From Balanoglossus misakiensis (taxonomy: Eukaryota; Animalia; Hemichordata), in the NCBI GenBank assembly GCA_040954595.2, contig CM082589.2, positions 11,420,894 through 11,484,893 on the forward strand: a stretch of 64,000 nucleotides of DNA, given 5' to 3'. The position numbers and the translations under genes were made by a program. The notes below the pieces were generated by a model. The model did not search any database and was not told where the DNA came from. It was given only the letters and a program-made list of their open reading frames with translations. Within the stretch, counting starts at the first letter, position 1. The number at the start of each line of letters is the position of its first letter. Positions 9,862-21,985 of this stretch are shown in pieces.

Positions 9862-12690
9862 CTAGACTTTCATGTCACTGATTTCGTTCTGATCTTGTGG
9901 TGACAGTCTACATAGTGCGTCGGCAAGTATCATCTGTTTGCCTGGCTTGTAGTGTATGGTGAAATCATACGGCTGTATGCGCAACAGCATTCTCTGTAAT
10001 CGGGGTGGTGCCTTGGTCAAATTCTTCCTCTGAATTTGCTCCAACGGTCGATGATCACTCTCTACTATGAAACTTCTGCCGTAGAGATATGTGCGAAACT
10101 TCTCACATCCGTAGACTACCGCGAGTAGTTCTCTTTCTATATTGGCGTATCGGGTTTCCGCTGGTGTCAGGGCCTTGGACGCAAATGCTATAGGTCTCTG
10201 TTCCTGTATGAGCACCGCTCCGATTCCCTTTCCCGATGCGTCGACTTGTAGAGTGACAGGCTTCTTACGGTCGTAGTAAGCAAGTGTAGTCTTTGTGCTG
10301 ATCAGGTCCTTGATCATATTGAAAGACTTTGTGTGTGTCGGAGACCACTCAAACTCAGTGTCGTCTCTGATGAGCTCTCTCAGTGGTGCTGTGTGTTCAG
10401 CTAATCTGGGTATGAATGAACCCATGTAGTTCACCATTCCGAGGAATGTGCGCAGTTCGTTCTTGTCTCTAGGCGGATGCATCATCTCTATCGCCTTGAC
10501 CTTTTCTGGGTTGGGTTTAACTCCGTCTTCTGTGTATAACATGCCAAAGAAACTACATTCTTTTGTCTTGATGTAGCATTTCTCTTTGTTCAGTTTAATG
10601 CCTGCTTTCCTGGTTCGTTCCATGGCTTCGTGTAGATGCAGGTCATGGTGTCGCTCTCCTGATCCGAAGACTTGTATATCGTCTGCAATGCCGACTGCAC
10701 CTTCACACTCTCTGTATGTTTCATCAATTTTGAATTGAAACACATCTTGGCTCATCCTTAGCCCAAATGGCATTCGTAGGAATCTGTAACGGCCATATGG
10801 TGTGTTAAAGGTCGTCAGGAAGGATGATTCTTCATCGATCTTTACATTCCAGTATCCGTTCCGCGCGTCTAGCTTGCTGAAAAGTGTTGCGCCTGCCAAC
10901 TTTGGGGTAATCTCCTCCAATGTGGGTGTAGGGTAATGATCCCTTTTAATGGCTTTGTTCAAGTCCTTCGGGTCCAGACAAATGCGAAGTCTTCCATTGT
11001 CTTTCTCCCGGACAACAAGAGAATTGACCCAGTTCGTAGGCTGGTTCACTTTGGCGATGATTTGCTTATCTTCCATCTCCTGCAGCTCGGTTTTGAGTCT
11101 ATCCATTAGTTCTAATGGAACTCTGCGGGCAGGGTGTACTACTGGTTGTACTTCTGGATCAAGAGTGATGTGGTATGTGTAGTTTTCAAAACATCCGACC
11201 ACGTCGTCAAAGCAATCAGGGTACATCCTCAGCAACTGTTCTTTGTTCTTTATGGGAGGGCGGTCCCTGATGGGTGTATTACTGTCTATGTAGTCATCTG
11301 CAGGGTTTCTGTTTCTTCCTGCTGGCTTCTGTTCGTTCATCTTTCTCTTTTCCACTTCCACATTTCTTCCAGGCTGTGCTGTCTTGCACTCTGGGCTCGC
11401 CTGCACTTGTATGGCTTCTACTGAACAGTTTATTTGTATCAGGTTTAAGGCTCTGCTTGCCTTTAACCCTAAAATGGCTGGGCCTGCGGCGTCAGTTACA
11501 TAGAAGAGGCATCTGATTTTCCTCTCTCTATGTTCACATGGAATGACGATGGTGCCAAGCTGTTTGATTTTGGAACCTCCATATGCGGTAAGGATTGTTT
11601 TATTTTCCTTCAAGTGCCCGCGTTTTGGATTTCCGTGTTTATCCAGTTTCTCTGGAAATATGATCTTGAAAAGGCAGAGGGGCAGTATATTGCTCTGTGC
11701 ACCGGTATCAAACTTGCATCTCAGTGCTACTTTCCTTTTCTTTTCGCTCTGTGTGATTGTCAGTTTCGTGTATATTTCTTCTTGTCTGTTGATGTTGTCC
11801 AATGCATTTATTTCGATAGTTCCAACATCTAGGACTTCATCATCTATTTGATGCATGTTGCTGCTCGAGCGTGTCACATTATGGATTGGTTTTCCACCTC
11901 GTCTCTGCTGTGACTTCGGTTCGCTTGAGCTGGTTTTGGAACGGCATACCGCCTGCCAGTGATTAGGTTTCCCACAATTTCGGCATTTCGAGCCATATGC
12001 TGGGCAGTTACTTTTCACTGAGGTGTCATGCTTTTTTCCGCAATGCTTACATTGTTTGGGGTGTGTCTTGTTGGGCTGCCTTTTTACTGCGTTGACAGCT
12101 TTGCTATCCACAGGATTAGCAATATGGCAATTTGTGAGCGTTTTCATGTGTTTTGTTGTGGCTTCGTGACCTCTAGCTATATCGAGCGCCTCCTTCAAGG
12201 TCAGTTTCTCATCACGCCCAATAAGTTTCTTCTGTATTTCTTGGTGACAGATCCCCCATATCAACTGATCTACGAGTCTTGCTTCCTGTTCTTTTGTATC
12301 CCCAAATTTGCATTTGGCGGCTTCATTTTTCAATTTCGAAAAGAAATCATCAACTGGTTCTCCAGGGTCTTGTCTCATATCTTGGAATTGGTATCTATGT
12401 ATGCGATGATTCGACTTCGGCTCTAAGTGTTCGGAAAATTTGTCGAATAGTACTGTGGGGTCTTTCCGCTGGTCTTCATTTTCAAACGACCAACTGTTGT
12501 ATTTGTCAAGACCTGGTTCACCGGACCATAGAAGTATGTAGCTAGCTTTCTCTTCATCGTTAGCATCTTTAAGTGCTGTCTTAAATGTTAACTCACATTT
12601 TTGACGAAAACGACTGAAGGCTATTGCTAGATCTGGCGCGTCCCATTCCATCTTTGGGGCTGTGAAGGGCGTTTGTAGTGCGGCCGCCAT
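9862..12690 (-). CDS. gag-pol: Gag-protease-reverse transcriptase-RNase H polyprotein
   Basis: Two zinc knuckles (CKHCGKKH..C, CRNCGKPNHWQAVC), protease FDTGAQSNIL, RT LRICLDPKDLN / RMPFGL / IADDI, RNase H VDASGKGIGAVL..ERELLA..SDHRPL. Confidence 0.95.
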   Translation of the reverse strand: MAAALQTPFTAPKMEWDAPDLAIAFSRFRQKCELTFKTALKDANDEEKASYILLWSGEPGLDKYNSWSFENEDQRKDPTVLFDKFSEHLEPKSNHRIHRYQFQDMRQDPGEPVDDFFSKLKNEAAKCKFGDTKEQEARLVDQLIWGICHQEIQKKLIGRDEKLTLKEALDIARGHEATTKHMKTLTNCHIANPVDSKAVNAVKRQPNKTHPKQCKHCGKKHDTSVKSNCPAYGSKCRNCGKPNHWQAVCRSKTSSSEPKSQQRRGGKPIHNVTRSSSNMHQIDDEVLDVGTIEINALDNINRQEEIYTKLTITQSEKKRKVALRCKFDTGAQSNILPLCLFKIIFPEKLDKHGNPKRGHLKENKTILTAYGGSKIKQLGTIVIPCEHRERKIRCLFYVTDAAGPAILGLKASRALNLIQINCSVEAIQVQASPECKTAQPGRNVEVEKRKMNEQKPAGRNRNPADDYIDSNTPIRDRPPIKNKEQLLRMYPDCFDDVVGCFENYTYHITLDPEVQPVVHPARRVPLELMDRLKTELQEMEDKQIIAKVNQPTNWVNSLVVREKDNGRLRICLDPKDLNKAIKRDHYPTPTLEEITPKLAGATLFSKLDARNGYWNVKIDEESSFLTTFNTPYGRYRFLRMPFGLRMSQDVFQFKIDETYRECEGAVGIADDIQVFGSGERHHDLHLHEAMERTRKAGIKLNKEKCYIKTKECSFFGMLYTEDGVKPNPEKVKAIEMMHPPRDKNELRTFLGMVNYMGSFIPRLAEHTAPLRELIRDDTEFEWSPTHTKSFNMIKDLISTKTTLAYYDRKKPVTLQVDASGKGIGAVLIQEQRPIAFASKALTPAETRYANIERELLAVVYGCEKFRTYLYGRSFIVESDHRPLEQIQRKNLTKAPPRLQRMLLRIQPYDFTIHYKPGKQMILADALCRLSPQDQNEISDMKV

Positions 12691-12786
12691 CTTGTCAGGT
12701 CAGTTCGATGGTCTTTTCTTCTGTAGTTTTGGTGTCTTGTGTAGTCGATAGTGTGTAAAGTCTGCTTACATCTGATCACTCACGTT

Positions 12787-12800
12787 CACCGCTGCCACCA
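12787..12800 (-). other. Primer binding site, tRNA-Leu
   Basis: Minus strand TGGTGGCAGCGGTG adjacent to the 5' LTR, complementary to the ..CACCGCTGCCACCA 3' end of animal tRNA-Leu(AAG/TAG). Confidence 0.85.
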
Positions 12801-13004
12801 TGTTATGTTTCCATCAACATGGGAATAATAATGCGATCATAAGGTATAACAACAACCTATTTATTGATCGGCTGAAAAGACTCAACAATGTGCTTCGCCT
12901 TATCTGGGCGGAAGTGACGTCGTACAGCAATTCATAAACAAGTGGAACACCAACAATGCAACACTAGAGGGCGCTATATTGATCGTAGCTGTCAGAATAC
13001 TACA
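12801..13004 (-). repeat. 5' LTR
   Basis: 204-bp direct repeat of 8116-8319. Confidence 0.97.
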
Positions 13005-15049
13005 CCCCCCCCCCGCATGTTTAAAGGTTTCTATAGAAAAGCATTGTTGAGGTTCACAAAACTTTGAAGAAGCTTTGCAACACTAACTTTGGCCAAAGAT
13101 TTGAATGTTAAGGTTTCACAAACGTAGTTACAGCTGAGGTTCAACTAAGACTAGTATAAGAGGCTTCAGCACGCCAAGTCTTGTAGCAAGCTTCAACACA
13201 AAGCTTTTTGCAACATTGTTCAAAGCGTTGTCAAAGGTACTGCACAACCCTGGTGAAGTAGTGCTATATTTTCAATTAAATGGCTTAAGCCATTTGTCTC
13301 TCCAACCAGAATTGCACCAGAGTTAAATACACACAGCTTGAAATTGTAAAATGTTGCAAAATCAAACGATCACATCCTTACACCTATTATTAGAACCAGA
13401 AGTTGAGTCAAAATTTTCCTACCTAGAAATTTTCTTTCCTATGAAGTTTTTTGCTTATTGGCATTCATATGGGAGCCTAGACCTATTCCAGCTGAGTTGC
13501 CAAAATGGCAATGTTGGACAATTCTTCTAATATGCATGATCAAAAATGGCCGCCAAATACCTTCTCTAAAATAAAACTTGGCCCTTTTTTCTCAAATTAT
13601 GTGTAATATCTAAAATTTCAGGATTTGCATCCATATTGGTTATGTATTGCAAATATGGCAGTGTTTGGCAACTTTTCTATTTTGCATAATCAAAAATGGC
13701 CGCCAATCACCACTAAAAGTGAAATTTTGCCATGTTTCCCAAAATGATGCGCAATATCGCGTATTTTCAGGATTAGCACATTCATATGGGTACCTTTAAC
13801 AATACAACTGTGTTGCAAATTTGGCAGTGTTACCGTACTAATCATGAAGCAAGGAAGTGCAACCTCTGTATCCCAAATATATGTCTATCCCCACTGATAG
13901 GAGTCACAAAGAGCCAGCCCCTCTGCATCATCCTGTTCCTCAATCTCACGATGGGAATCCTTTTCAGAATTCCTACCTCAAAACATCCAGGGATTCACCA
14001 TCATTCACCACACCCTCGTCAGTATCCACCATGTTTAGAGCCAATGCCTGAACATGTTGTCTCTTTATCTATGGATTGCGTTAAAGGCCAGTGGAAGTTT
14101 CATCTCCTTTTTTTTGCAATTTTGACCATTTTTATCTGGTGCATAATGCTAGAGTACATATCATCCATACAGGATGATGCATGTACAGTGATGGGAAATG
14201 TATCAATCCACTCCTGCACTAGATTTGCATACAGTGCCATACCTTTTAGGGCTATTTTCTTGACCCTTTTGATAGTCTGCTGGCCAAAAGTGGCTGGCCA
14301 AAGTGGCCAGCAGAGACATTCTTCCAATACCCTTCATAGTGCCAACAGACAAGGCTTGGATATACAACCTGTGTTGCTTGTAAGGCACACATCTCCAATT
14401 GGTACATTGGGCCAATTATACTGTACATGTACAGCTAGGAAAAAAATATACTTCATCATAGTTTCCATGGTCAGCAGCTTCAATAACTTGTTGCCTTTTC
14501 TTACTGAACATTTAGACTTATAAAGAAGTATAACAAGAATAAAGTTGTCCAATTAGTGTTGGCAGGGGGGTGGGGGATGTGTTCTCCCATACAAAGGTGT
14601 ATAGGTATGTAGTCTTTAAGAAAAACTTGGGGTAAATGACCAGAAAATTTGACTTATAATACAAATAGGTCGGGTTTTGGGCATTTACACGTGTTGATGT
14701 TATCGACTGGGGCGACAGACTACCATCCGAAAAAATTTCAAGTACCCCCCCCCCCCCCCCCCCTCGGGTGCCGGCCAGTGGGATGGAGGTGATAGAAACT
14801 GTTGTAGATACAATAGAGGCCTACAACCTGAAAACCTTCTGGCTTTAACCGAGGACTTGCCATTAAAGATACCTGTAGGCCCCTATATGCTGCTCCCACA
14901 TACACTCCCAGTCCTAAACCTTGCATCTGATTTGTGGTGCAGATGAAGAATTAAGATTGGCTTGACAATTAGCACACTTAATTGCCTGTTATGAGATATA
15001 ATACATACAATCATGGGACAAGAATGGCAAAAGTTAAATTATCCAGCAG

Positions 15050-15300
15050 GTGTTTGAATTATGCAAATTAGATCAGTTGTCTAATATTGCCATGTCAACC
15101 ATGTTGAAATTGTTTTAGGTACCCATATTAATGGAAACCCTGCAAATTCGATATTACACACCATTTAAAACAAATATGGGAAATTAACATGTTAGAGAAA
15201 TTTGGCGGCCATTTTGGATTATGCAAATTAGAACAGTTGTCTAATATTGCCATGTCAACCATGTTGAAATTGTTTTAGGTACCCAGGAGAGTTGAATGAA
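15050..15300. repeat. 160-bp tandem repeat (about 2 copies; related inverted copies at ~13490-13830)
   Basis: catgtcaaccatgttgaaattgttttaggtaccc at 15091 and 15251. Confidence 0.85.
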
Positions 15301-15813
15301 AATGCCATTTGCAATGCAGTTGTCTTGTATTGGGTGCCCATATTAAGGCATTCTTGAAAACGAAACATTATTCATCATTTTGACGCAAACAGAAAAGGTG
15401 TTCAAATGCAAATTAGAAGAGTTGCCCAACCCTGCCATATTTGCAATACAGTTGTAGTGACTGTCAACTCGACTACAGACAGTCTCGATGAACACAAGAC
15501 ATGATCCCAATTTGCAAGCTGAGTTGAAACTGACTGCTGCAGTAACTTAGCTGTGGGAATGTCTTGTGTGATTTAAAACAATGATGACCAAATTTAACAC
15601 AGTTTCTCTGAGGTAACCATTTAGCTTTCGTGACTAAGTTTGTTTAAGAATCCTTTATTCTACCCAAGGAACAAATTTCCTTAGAATTTCACAACTGAGA
15701 CACAGTTTACAGATATACAAAAAGTGCGTACTACAAACATAAGAAATTGTTTGCATTTTTTTTTCTGATGGCAATGCATTTGACTGTAAACAGACATTGA
15801 CGTCCTTTAGTAA

Positions 15814-16637
15814 GGGACTGTTCAGTTTTGGTGGAGGGGGGGGGGGCAAAAGTTTGTGTCATTGGTTTTCAAAATCAGGCCGACACCCCCTTCAACCAGG
15901 ACCAAAAAAATGATGACCCCCCCCCCTTTGACAGGACCAAAATATGATGACCCTCCTCCCACCCCGAAAACATTTGCCATCCGTATCTTATGTACACTGA
16001 CTGTATGCAATAAAGGTAAAGGGTCTCCTCACACCTCAATTCTAAATTTCTTAAAGAAATGTATAATTTGAAGTGTATAATAGTATAGCGTTGCAATAAA
16101 GAAGGTCTATGGATAAATTAAAAGGACACGTCAATACAATAGTTGGTAGAATTGGTAAAACAAGAAAAGTGGAAGGGGTGGGTGTACGTAGGACAATTTT
16201 GTAAAATACAATTAATGCATTTTAATGAACTCAAAGGCAAATTAACTTAATGTTGGGGAGGACAAATTTGACTTTTGCCACTCAAAGTTAACATCAGTGG
16301 GGGTGGGATGGCAAGTATTCTGCCCTGGTACACTATATGTGGCGAAGAAATAAGGGGATGGGTGTGGGAGGGGATGTCCCCCTTCCACATAAGAAAACTT
16401 TGTAAAATATGTAGCTCAAAGTTGCATTTTAATGAAGTCAAAAGCAAATTATCTCAATGTTTGAAAGGACCAATTTTACTGTTACCACTACACTCAAAGT
16501 TAGCATCGGTGGGTACATGTATATGACCTCCCCCCTAAACGTTTGAAAAAAAGATGACTCCCTCTTTTGGATTTCAAAATTTAAGTGACCCCCTGGATTT
16601 TGCCAGCCTCCCCCCACCGTAAAAACTGAATGGTCCC
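15814..16637. mobile_element. PIF/Harbinger-like MITE in left arm only
   Basis: TIR GGGACTGTTCAGTTTT / AAAACTGAATGGTCCC, TAA on both sides; flanks are contiguous in the right arm near 40085-40100. Confidence 0.8.
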
Positions 16638-17760
16638 TAAGCGCTATTTTGTCAGTGAAATGGCTCCATTATTATCCCTCCAACTATAGTTGAAACGGAG
16701 TTAAATATGTACAGCTTGAAATCATAAAATGTTGCAAAATTGAACCAAGAGTTTGGTCAATGATCAAGTTCTTACAGCTATTACTAGAACCATACAGTCT
16801 CAGCGAACAAGAGACATTGGTCCGATTTGCAAGCCGAGTTGGAACTGACTTTGCCTGCACACAGATGTGCCAATTTCAGCGAATCTTATCGTATTTAAAA
16901 ATGAATATGGAGAATTGTTATCTGTGTTCCTATTGCTAGCCTACATACATGTAGCTGTTGTCATTCTAGTGTTTTTTTTTCTGTATACCAAAATTGCCAC
17001 ACTGTTTGGGATACTTTTATCAAATGTTATGTGATACTATATCAGCCTGTTTTGGGGATCTTGACAATGACATATATTAGACTTTTCATACACAGCATGA
17101 GGTAGAATTTCAGAAACGATTAGGTAATAAGACTGCATATCTCATAGGAAATAATCACTTTAGAAGTATTACGATAAAAAAAATCATTTCACTCTTATTG
17201 GGAGCATACATTTGTAAAACATACATACAGACATGAATACAGACATAGAGAGATCAAGGTGTATACGATTTTCAGTGGGGGAGGGGGTCCTCCTTAATTG
17301 CAAACAACTATGTAATGGTAATTTCCCTTTTATAATAACAATTTTTGAGGTATAAGGAAAAAATATCAAACAAAATAAACAAAAAAACTAATTCAGCTAT
17401 GATTTGATTCAATTATCATTCTAAAGAAGCACATATCATTAACTCACAACTAAACTTTTACAGTGATCAACCATGCACTTTCTGAGAATTTTTTTTATGC
17501 CCAAATACAATTTTTTCATTTTCAGAACATTTATGATATATCACAGTAAAAAAATCCCCTGGAAACTGCAAAACAAAAAATTGCAAAGCAATCAAACAAA
17601 AATGGCAAAAATTGTCCACAAAAACTATATTGACACTTCCATCATAGGATTTGTTAAAATGTCGTGATAACACACCTAGGAACCTGCAAACCAAATTTCA
17701 AAGAACTGTGAGTAGAGGTTTTTGAGTATTTGACCAAAATCACCCCAAAAATATACTTCA

Positions 17761-20120
17761 AACCAGATATTAACTGAATATGCTCACGTGCAGTACTGTG
17801 ATTGGTTGACAGAATAACAAGATTAGAAAAACCAGTGTTAAACCAATTTGGTTTATAGTGTATATGGTGTAAGGGTTGTGTGTTGCACCATTGTGAAATG
17901 TAAACATGTTTGTGGAATTGTTGCCTTGTCAATTTTTGTAAGGGGTTATGAGTCATGTACCCCATCCTGAACTGCATAAAAAGATAAGTCTATGGAATTC
18001 TAAAACTCGTTGATCAAAAATGGCAAGAAATATACCAAAAGTATGAATATTTCACCAGATTTCAACAAATCTGATTTCTGTTCATGCCTAAGAACCTCTT
18101 TAACAAGTTTCAATAAGGAAGACATTTTGGCAAACAACAGGTAATTCAGACAAATCTGACTGATATCACATATATGAATTCCCATTCAAAGTTTCCAATC
18201 AATTGGACTTGTGGTTTTACTGAAGACTATTTGGCCAAACCCTGCAGAATTCCCAAAAAATACAATTATGCAAATTTCTTTACAATTTGATCATATCTGA
18301 CTGAGATCACCCCTAGAAACCCAAATACAAAGTATCAAAACAATTGCACTTACAGTTTCACGGGATTTGATTTTTTGACAAAAACAGGAAATATTGCCCA
18401 AAAATGCATTTTTGCAAATTTCACCACCGTTTGCACAAATGTGATTCAGGTAAGCCCTATGAACCTCCATACCAAGTTTCCAATCAATTGGACATGTAAT
18501 TTCAGAGAAGAATTTTTTTTAACAAAACTGCAGAAAATTCCCCCAAAAATTCATAAAAAATAGCAAACGCCAGATACTGACTCCACCTGAACAAAATCAT
18601 ACGAGGTCTTCCCATAGTTCTTGCACACCAATGCACGCCAATTTTAAACTGAATCTGATCCGCTGTTATTAAGTTATTAAGTTTTTCAATTTTGACTATT
18701 TGAACATTTTTCCAGTTAATACCAGTATGCATTTTTTCGCAATAACAATTTCTATGTACACACTAAATATCAGTAGTTTCAAGTTTTTGATGTTGATGGA
18801 CATACACATACATACATCAATACATTTAGACGAAACTGATCCATTCGCAAAATACATAATTCTGTATGAGGCACACATACAGACATACATAGACGACGGA
18901 CACCAACTTATGCTATAAGCTGACATTGATATACATGTTAGCCAAAAACCAAAATCAACCTCAAAATAGACATTAAAATATATTGCACCACCATGAGAAG
19001 ACAAATTCATTTTTCGCCAAATTTTCTGGGGCGTCATTGATATAGCATGGCATATTGTCAAAGTACGTAGTCTCTGTGATAAGATTCCATACACACAAAA
19101 TGGTAACCTTGGAAGTCCAGCTGACGTAGTTATGCAATGGCGCCTCGTGTATTCCGTCGCCAAAAAATCATCGTAAAATTGATAGTCGGGGTCACAATTC
19201 AAGACGACTTTCTCTAAATTCTTTATGAATGGATTAAATCGAAATCGAAATGTTGACGTATGACGTACGGAATGAGATCTGAACAGACATTCAATGTTAT
19301 CATTCTCGCTCGATCACATATTGGGTAAGCCATCTAGCAATCGCTATATAGTATTGGCGATAACAGACTGTCTATAAACTCACAAAACGGATTTTACTGT
19401 TGAGTGTGATCAACCGCCACGTTATTTTTCTCTGAACAATAGACAAATAGAAAGCCTGGTGACATTTTGAGATTGACTGCGTGAGGACCACAATATGCGT
19501 GAATCATTTACGGTTTGTCTTGATGAATGGGTCACGTCATAGTCATAACGCGGATTCGGCTGCACGCCAACTATCCGCCATATTGTCTCCACTAACTTAC
19601 TCGTAAGTAGTTTCAAACTTCATTTGAAAAGAGTATTCGTCTGACGGTCCTGTAGATTAACAATTTACGCTCTATGAAGCAACTAAACAACGTTAGCTTC
19701 CTTGTGGATTCACGTAGGGAAGTTATTCGTAACGACGGGTACAGCGTCTGAGCATGGACAGAACCACGGCAATATCGCCAGGAATGTCTCATTTCACAGC
19801 GCCCTCAAACAGTCGATCTCCTCAAACTATCGTTTCCACTGGTCATATATGCGGCATTAACGAAAGCTCACATAGACAACCATGTAATAGAAAAATTAAA
19901 ACTTAAATAACTTCATTAATATCAAAGCCACACGCACCAAAACCTTTTCAGTTCTTGCCATATGATATCTGAACCTGTGTACTAAATTTGGTTGAAATCG
20001 GTTCAGCGGTTCTTGAGATATCGGGTATACAGACAGACACACACACACATACATACATACACACACACACACACAGACATCGCTAAACCATAAGCTCACG
20101 TGATTTTCACGTGAGCTAAA
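17761..20120 (+). mobile_element. Composite non-autonomous Helentron/DINE-1-like element in left arm only
   Basis: Inserted in an A run (empty site in right arm ~38975-39000); subterminal GCTCACGTG at 17782; (CA/TACA/GACA)n tract then hairpin AGCTCACGTGA-ttt-TCACGTGAGCT at 20093-20117; a second similar end at ~18870-18945. Confidence 0.65.
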
Positions 20121-20794
20121 AATGAAAAAAAATCCATGAGGTCTCAAAATGAATACACACCAATTTCTAAAGCAATTTGACCAGTTTCCACCAATTTCAC
20201 ATTGGTCCCAGTGGTAGATAGACATATACGAAATGGGAACCAAAGAATAAAACACATTTCAAAGATTTAACACATCTTTTTCCTCAAGAGTGTTTTTCAA
20301 ATCTTCTCCACATCCTTCAAAATCGCCACCATAAAGCCATATTACTTGAAGTGCTTATGTTTGTCATATCTAGGTGATGCATACCACTATAGATGTGTAC
20401 CCTTTGTATAGAGGCAGATTAAACAGGTGTGGTACTTGTTAAATATCTGACTTCTTTAAATTACAGCCACAATCGTCAGTCAACAAGATGTTCATGTAGA
20501 TGTATACCTAGCAGTAAGCTTATTTAGATTGACAAATCTTAGATGAAAATAATGAAAAAGTGGCACAACCCTTAGGGCTTTAACTAGCAGCTTTATGCCA
20601 GATGAGTTCGAGTCTAACGATGTAATGTTGACATTAAGGTTTCATTGAAATAACTTGGGAACCTCTCTACTATTTGAAGCACCAAAGCTGTGAAAAACTG
20701 TCAGGGACCGGATTTTTTTCAGCAAAATTTCAAATAACCTTGGCTGATTTTTTACCTACTTTCACATATTGGGTAGCATGAAACAAAGTATGGC

Positions 20795-21985
20795 TTCCAG
20801 AAGGGTTATAGATACAGTGTTTTGTAATAACAAGAATTAACATGAAACTATAATTTCATGGTTAATTTAGGACCGCCTTAATCTATGGTAATGTCATTAA
20901 ATATTTGCATATCTAATTGTAGGCTATCCAGTGGAGGGAGAAACCTAAACATGGACAACATTGGGGTCAAAATTGTTTGACAGAACTTTGGGTGACTTTG
21001 GGTAAACCTTGACCAACATTACTATATCTTGGCATCCAGAGCAGATGCAACCTTGACACTTGGAGTGATGGAAATGCATAATGGAGTATTATGTCTCAGC
21101 TAGTCACAGTGCTTTTGCTGTGTTTTATGTCTTTTATTCAGCCAAATTAGATGTTTTTTATTACACATTGGCTGTGTTTGCCAGTACTTTTTAGCTGGTC
21201 ACACTGCCTTAAGACAATGTATTCTCAAAATACCATGCAATCATTATGAAGCATATACAGCAGACAAAGTTATGGTATGACTGAACTTGCCCTTCTTTGT
21301 GACTAAAGCATGACCGGCCTGTCTTAGGTGGCCCCTACCTAGGGGCTTTACCCGTCATTGGCTCACAGTCTGAGAAATCAGCTCTGCAGGGAAGTTAACG
21401 ATGTAACCCACCATTAAAGCTTGGATTTCCGCTTTTTGTATCTGATGCCTGGCTGAGGCCTTCTTAGGATCTACCCAACGCTGAGTAGGCTATCCCGTCA
21501 TTGGCACACAGTCTCAGGGAGGGAGTCCAAAGTTCAGTATACCAGCAAAGCCTTTATATTGTCCATTCTTTTTAAGAGAAGGCTGGCTGCTGTAGAAAAA
21601 TGTTGATCTCAAATGTATCATGTCCAAAAAAAGGCAGACTTCAAGCCCTATTGGTTAGGCTGGCATTAGGTATGTACATAATTAATGAGGCAAGACATAA
21701 TATTCCATTACATAGTTCCATAACTCCAAGTGTCAAGGATGTATCTGTGCCGGATGCCAAGATATAGGAATGTAGGTCAAAGTTTACCCAAGATCACCCA
21801 AAAGTTTGTCAAAAGATTTTGACCCCAGAGTTGTCCATGTCCAGGTTACCACATCCACTAGAATAAGATATGCACATATTTAATGAGGTTACCATAGCTC
21901 AAGGGGGTCTTTAATTAACCATCAACATTTAGTTTCATATTAATGCATGTTAATATAATACACTGTATCTATAACCCTACTGGTA
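20795..21985. repeat. Local inverted repeat (~280-bp arms, ~640-bp core) in left arm
   Basis: 20795-21073 is the reverse complement of 21716-21985 (e.g. ccttgacacttggagt / actccaagtgtcaagg). Confidence 0.85.

Larger units (their letters stand above)
8116..13004 (-). mobile_element. Full-length Ty3/Gypsy LTR retrotransposon, Mag-like
   Basis: Two 204-bp TG..CA LTRs, PBS, PPT, gag-PR-RT-RH-INT order, inserted in a C run (CCCCC on both sides, compatible with a 5-bp TSD). Confidence 0.97.

Noticed and set aside
8844-12545. Plus-strand ORFs over the retrotransposon
   Set aside because: Antisense shadows of gag-pol.
13786-14523. 245-aa plus-strand ORF as a gene
   Set aside because: No recognisable domain or splice structure; it begins in repeat DNA and runs into the palindrome arm, whose other copy has indels.
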